A DNA stretch of 64,000 nucleotides from Bryobacteraceae bacterium (GTDB taxonomy: Bacteria; Acidobacteriota; Terriglobia; Bryobacterales; Bryobacteraceae), in NCBI GenBank assembly GCA_050015835.1, contig JBEKAQ010000005.1, forward strand, positions 12,013 to 76,012, given 5' to 3'. The translations under genes were made by a program, and so were the position numbers. How positions within the stretch are numbered: position 1 is the first letter of the stretch; each line of letters begins with the position of its first letter. Shown here one piece after another: positions 61,692 through 64,000 of this stretch. The notes under the pieces were generated by a model. The model was given only the letters and a program-made list of their open reading frames with translations. It had not been told where the DNA came from and searched no databases.

Positions 61692-63005
61692 TCAGATCTT
61701 CATCCGCTCCAGCTTCCGGTACAGGGTTTTCCGCTCGATCCCCAGAATCGCGGCCGCGCGGCTCTTGTTCCCGCCCGTTGCCGCCAACACCCTGCGGATC
61801 TGATCGGCTTCGGTCTCCGCCAGCGTCTCGCCGCCGCCATCTTTCGGCTCCATCGCCGAGATCGCGTCCTGCACCGACTCGGCGTCGATCCGGTCGTTGG
61901 GCGCCAGAATCGTCAGCCGTTCGATCAGATGCTGCAACTGCCGGACGTTTCCCGGCCACGTGAAATCCTTCAGAGCCTTCAGGCCCGATTCCGTCAGCTT
62001 CACGTCGCGGTTATAGCGCGCGTTGTACTTGCCCACGAAAAAATGCGCCAGCAGCGGCACGTCGTTGCGCCGCTCACGCAGGGGCGGCAATTCCAGCCGT
62101 ACCACGTTCAACCGGAACCACAGATCCTGGCGGAATTTGCCCTCGTCCACCATCTTCTGCAGATCCCGATTGGTCGCGGCTACTACCCGCACGTCCACCT
62201 TTTTCTCGCGTGGCGAGCCCACTGGCCGTATCTCGCGCTCCTGCAGGAAGCGCAGCAGCTTCACCTGGAACGCCGCGTCGATATCGCCGATTTCATCCAG
62301 AAACACCGTGCCCCGGTTGGCCGATTCGAATACGCCCACTCGATCCCGATCCGCTCCGGTAAACGCGCCCTTCATGGCCCCGAACAATTCGCTCTCGAGC
62401 AGCGCGGCCGGAATGGCGCTGCAATCCACCGGCACGAAAGGCTGCAGCGCGCGCAAACTGAAGCGGTGGATCATGCGCGCGATCAGTTCCTTGCCCGTGC
62501 CCGTCTCGCCCTCGATCACCACCGTCGCATCGGTGGGCGCAACTTTCGAAACCGTTTTGTAAATCTCGATCATGCGCGCCGAACTGCCGATCATCTCGCT
62601 CTCCGGCAGTTCCTCCTGCTCTACATCGTCGTCATTGGGCTCGCGGGATTCGATGGCGCGTTTCACCGCCTGCAGCAGCGTGTCGAGCTCGAACGGCTTG
62701 GCGAGATAATCGAAAGCGCCGTTGCGCGTCGCCGCCATCACGGTTTCCATGGTGCCGCGCGCCGTCATCAGGATCACCGAACAATCCGGATCCTGCTTCT
62801 TAGCCGCCATCAATACGTCGATGCCCGTGCGGTCGTCGATATAAATATCGGAAATGATCAGCGGATAGCCGCGCTGCGAAAGGCGCTCGATGGCATCGCG
62901 CGTGTTCGAGACGGCTTCAACCTCAAAGCCCTCCAACTCGAGAAACGTAACGACCGTGGTGCGGACGCTCGGATCGTCTTCCACCACCAGAATCTGGTCG
63001 CTCAT
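61692..63005 (-). CDS. sigma-54-dependent response regulator (NtrC/Fis family)
   Basis: Receiver domain (ILVVEDD, ISDIYIDD), AAA+ sigma-54 interaction domain (GETGTGKE, GAFTGA, ESELFG) and a C-terminal Fis HTH (AAAILGIERKTLYRKL). Confidence 0.92.
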   Translation of the reverse strand: MSDQILVVEDDPSVRTTVVTFLELEGFEVEAVSNTRDAIERLSQRGYPLIISDIYIDDRTGIDVLMAAKKQDPDCSVILMTARGTMETVMAATRNGAFDYLAKPFELDTLLQAVKRAIESREPNDDDVEQEELPESEMIGSSARMIEIYKTVSKVAPTDATVVIEGETGTGKELIARMIHRFSLRALQPFVPVDCSAIPAALLESELFGAMKGAFTGADRDRVGVFESANRGTVFLDEIGDIDAAFQVKLLRFLQEREIRPVGSPREKKVDVRVVAATNRDLQKMVDEGKFRQDLWFRLNVVRLELPPLRERRNDVPLLAHFFVGKYNARYNRDVKLTESGLKALKDFTWPGNVRQLQHLIERLTILAPNDRIDAESVQDAISAMEPKDGGGETLAETEADQIRRVLAATGGNKSRAAAILGIERKTLYRKLERMKI

Positions 63006-64000
63006 AAGGCTCGCTTGAGCACCAGCGTAAACCGCGAGCCTTTGCCCGGTTCCGATTCCACATGGATCGCCCCGCCGTGCTGTGTCACAATCTGCTCCAC
63101 AATGGAAAGTCCAATGCCCGTCCCCGCCTCGCCCGATTGCTCGGCGCGTTTCGTACGGTAGAATTTCTCGAAAATCCGGCTCACTTCTTTTTTATCCATG
63201 CCGATGCCCTGGTCCTCGATGGACAGGCGCACGCGGTCTCCTCTATCATCTTCGCCGAACACCTTCACGCGCGTATTCGACGGAGAATATTTCACGGCAT
63301 TCGTCAGTAAATTGTAGACCGCGTACTCCATCAGCTCGCGGTCGCCCGTCAAATCGTCCGGCGGCAAAGCGCTGATTTCGATTTCAATCTGCTTGCGATC
63401 CGCGAACGGCCGCGCCCGCTCCGTGCAGCGCTCCACCAATGCGGCCAGCGGGAAGCGCTCCTGCTTCATCTCCATCTCACCCGCCGTCAGACGCTCCACG
63501 CTCAAAAACGTTTCAATCATGCGCGCCAGGCGTTTCGATTCCGAATTGATCAGCTCCGCCATCTGCTTCCGCTTGGCTTCCGGCATGGCGCCGTAGCGGC
63601 TGATCAACTCGCTCGAACCCTGAATCGCCGTCAACGGCGTGCGCATTTCATGGGTGACGAACTGCATGGCCTGCTGATAGCGATTCTTTTCTTCGCCCGC
63701 CCGCGCCAGGGCCCGCCGCACCAGCAGATGCCGCCAGCTCGCCGCCATGGCCAAAGCCAGACCCGCGGATAAAGTGCCGGGCAGCCACGGCCACACCACC
63801 GATCGCGCGAACGCGGCAGCCGGAACGGCCTGCGAAGCCGCTATCAGAAGCAGCGCCGCCAGATTGGCGGTACGCCCTGGCAGAAACACGAAAATGAGTC
63901 CCGCGCAGGCCACCAGGGCCAGACAGAACGCGAGTACGGCCACCGGCGACGCATCCACCAGAAACATCTGCCGCGCGATGGTTTCGTAGGCGTCGGCATG
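63002..64000 (-). CDS. sensor histidine kinase (5' end may lie outside the window)
   Basis: TM helices, H-box THEMRTPL, N-box LLTNAVKYS, and G-boxes DQGIGM and GTGIGLSIV. The frame stays open upstream of ATG 63967 to the window edge, and the stop overlaps the regulator start. Confidence 0.85.
   Translation of the reverse strand, partial: HADAYETIARQMFLVDASPVAVLAFCLALVACAGLIFVFLPGRTANLAALLLIAASQAVPAAAFARSVVWPWLPGTLSAGLALAMAASWRHLLVRRALARAGEEKNRYQQAMQFVTHEMRTPLTAIQGSSELISRYGAMPEAKRKQMAELINSESKRLARMIETFLSVERLTAGEMEMKQERFPLAALVERCTERARPFADRKQIEIEISALPPDDLTGDRELMEYAVYNLLTNAVKYSPSNTRVKVFGEDDRGDRVRLSIEDQGIGMDKKEVSRIFEKFYRTKRAEQSGEAGTGIGLSIVEQIVTQHGGAIHVESEPGKGSRFTLVLKRAL

Overview
High-GC chromosomal segment, most likely from an Acidobacteria genome of the Solibacter/Bryobacter type. 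The evidence is two proteins ending in the Solibacter-type C-terminal domain, a CarboxypepD_reg-type TonB-dependent-like outer-membrane protein, and REP-like palindromes. Most of the window is densely packed housekeeping and envelope genes: miaB (5' partial), mlaFED, a vapBC pair, two two-component systems, glgC, an Nramp-Usp fusion, pepA, smpB and a futalosine-pathway radical-SAM enzyme. Three regions stand out. (1) 39573-42090 is an intact IS1595-family element with 25-nt inverted repeats and a perfect 8-bp target duplication. Besides its transposase it carries a four-gene passenger operon led by a Panacea (DUF4065) antitoxin-type gene whose 3' end overlaps an unrecognisable 101-aa ORF. This is the best candidate for an undescribed toxin-antitoxin or defence module. 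(2) 44934-54611 holds an orphan secretin (TPR-like, Thr-run, cohesin-like tail), two GspG-like pseudopilins, a large Soli_cterm adhesin-like protein, and two tandem paralogous secreted proteins of no family I recognise. The paralogs sit behind an AT-rich leader with near-consensus promoters, which suggests a surface-array or fibre system. (3) Decay and repeat features: a tonB with an in-frame stop plus a frameshift, a decayed PIN-like remnant beside the IS, a 3 x 35-bp tandem repeat that duplicates the smpB ribosome-binding site, and two small repeat/hairpin families. All calls come from reading the translated ORFs and the DNA by eye. No database search was run, and start codons are often uncertain.
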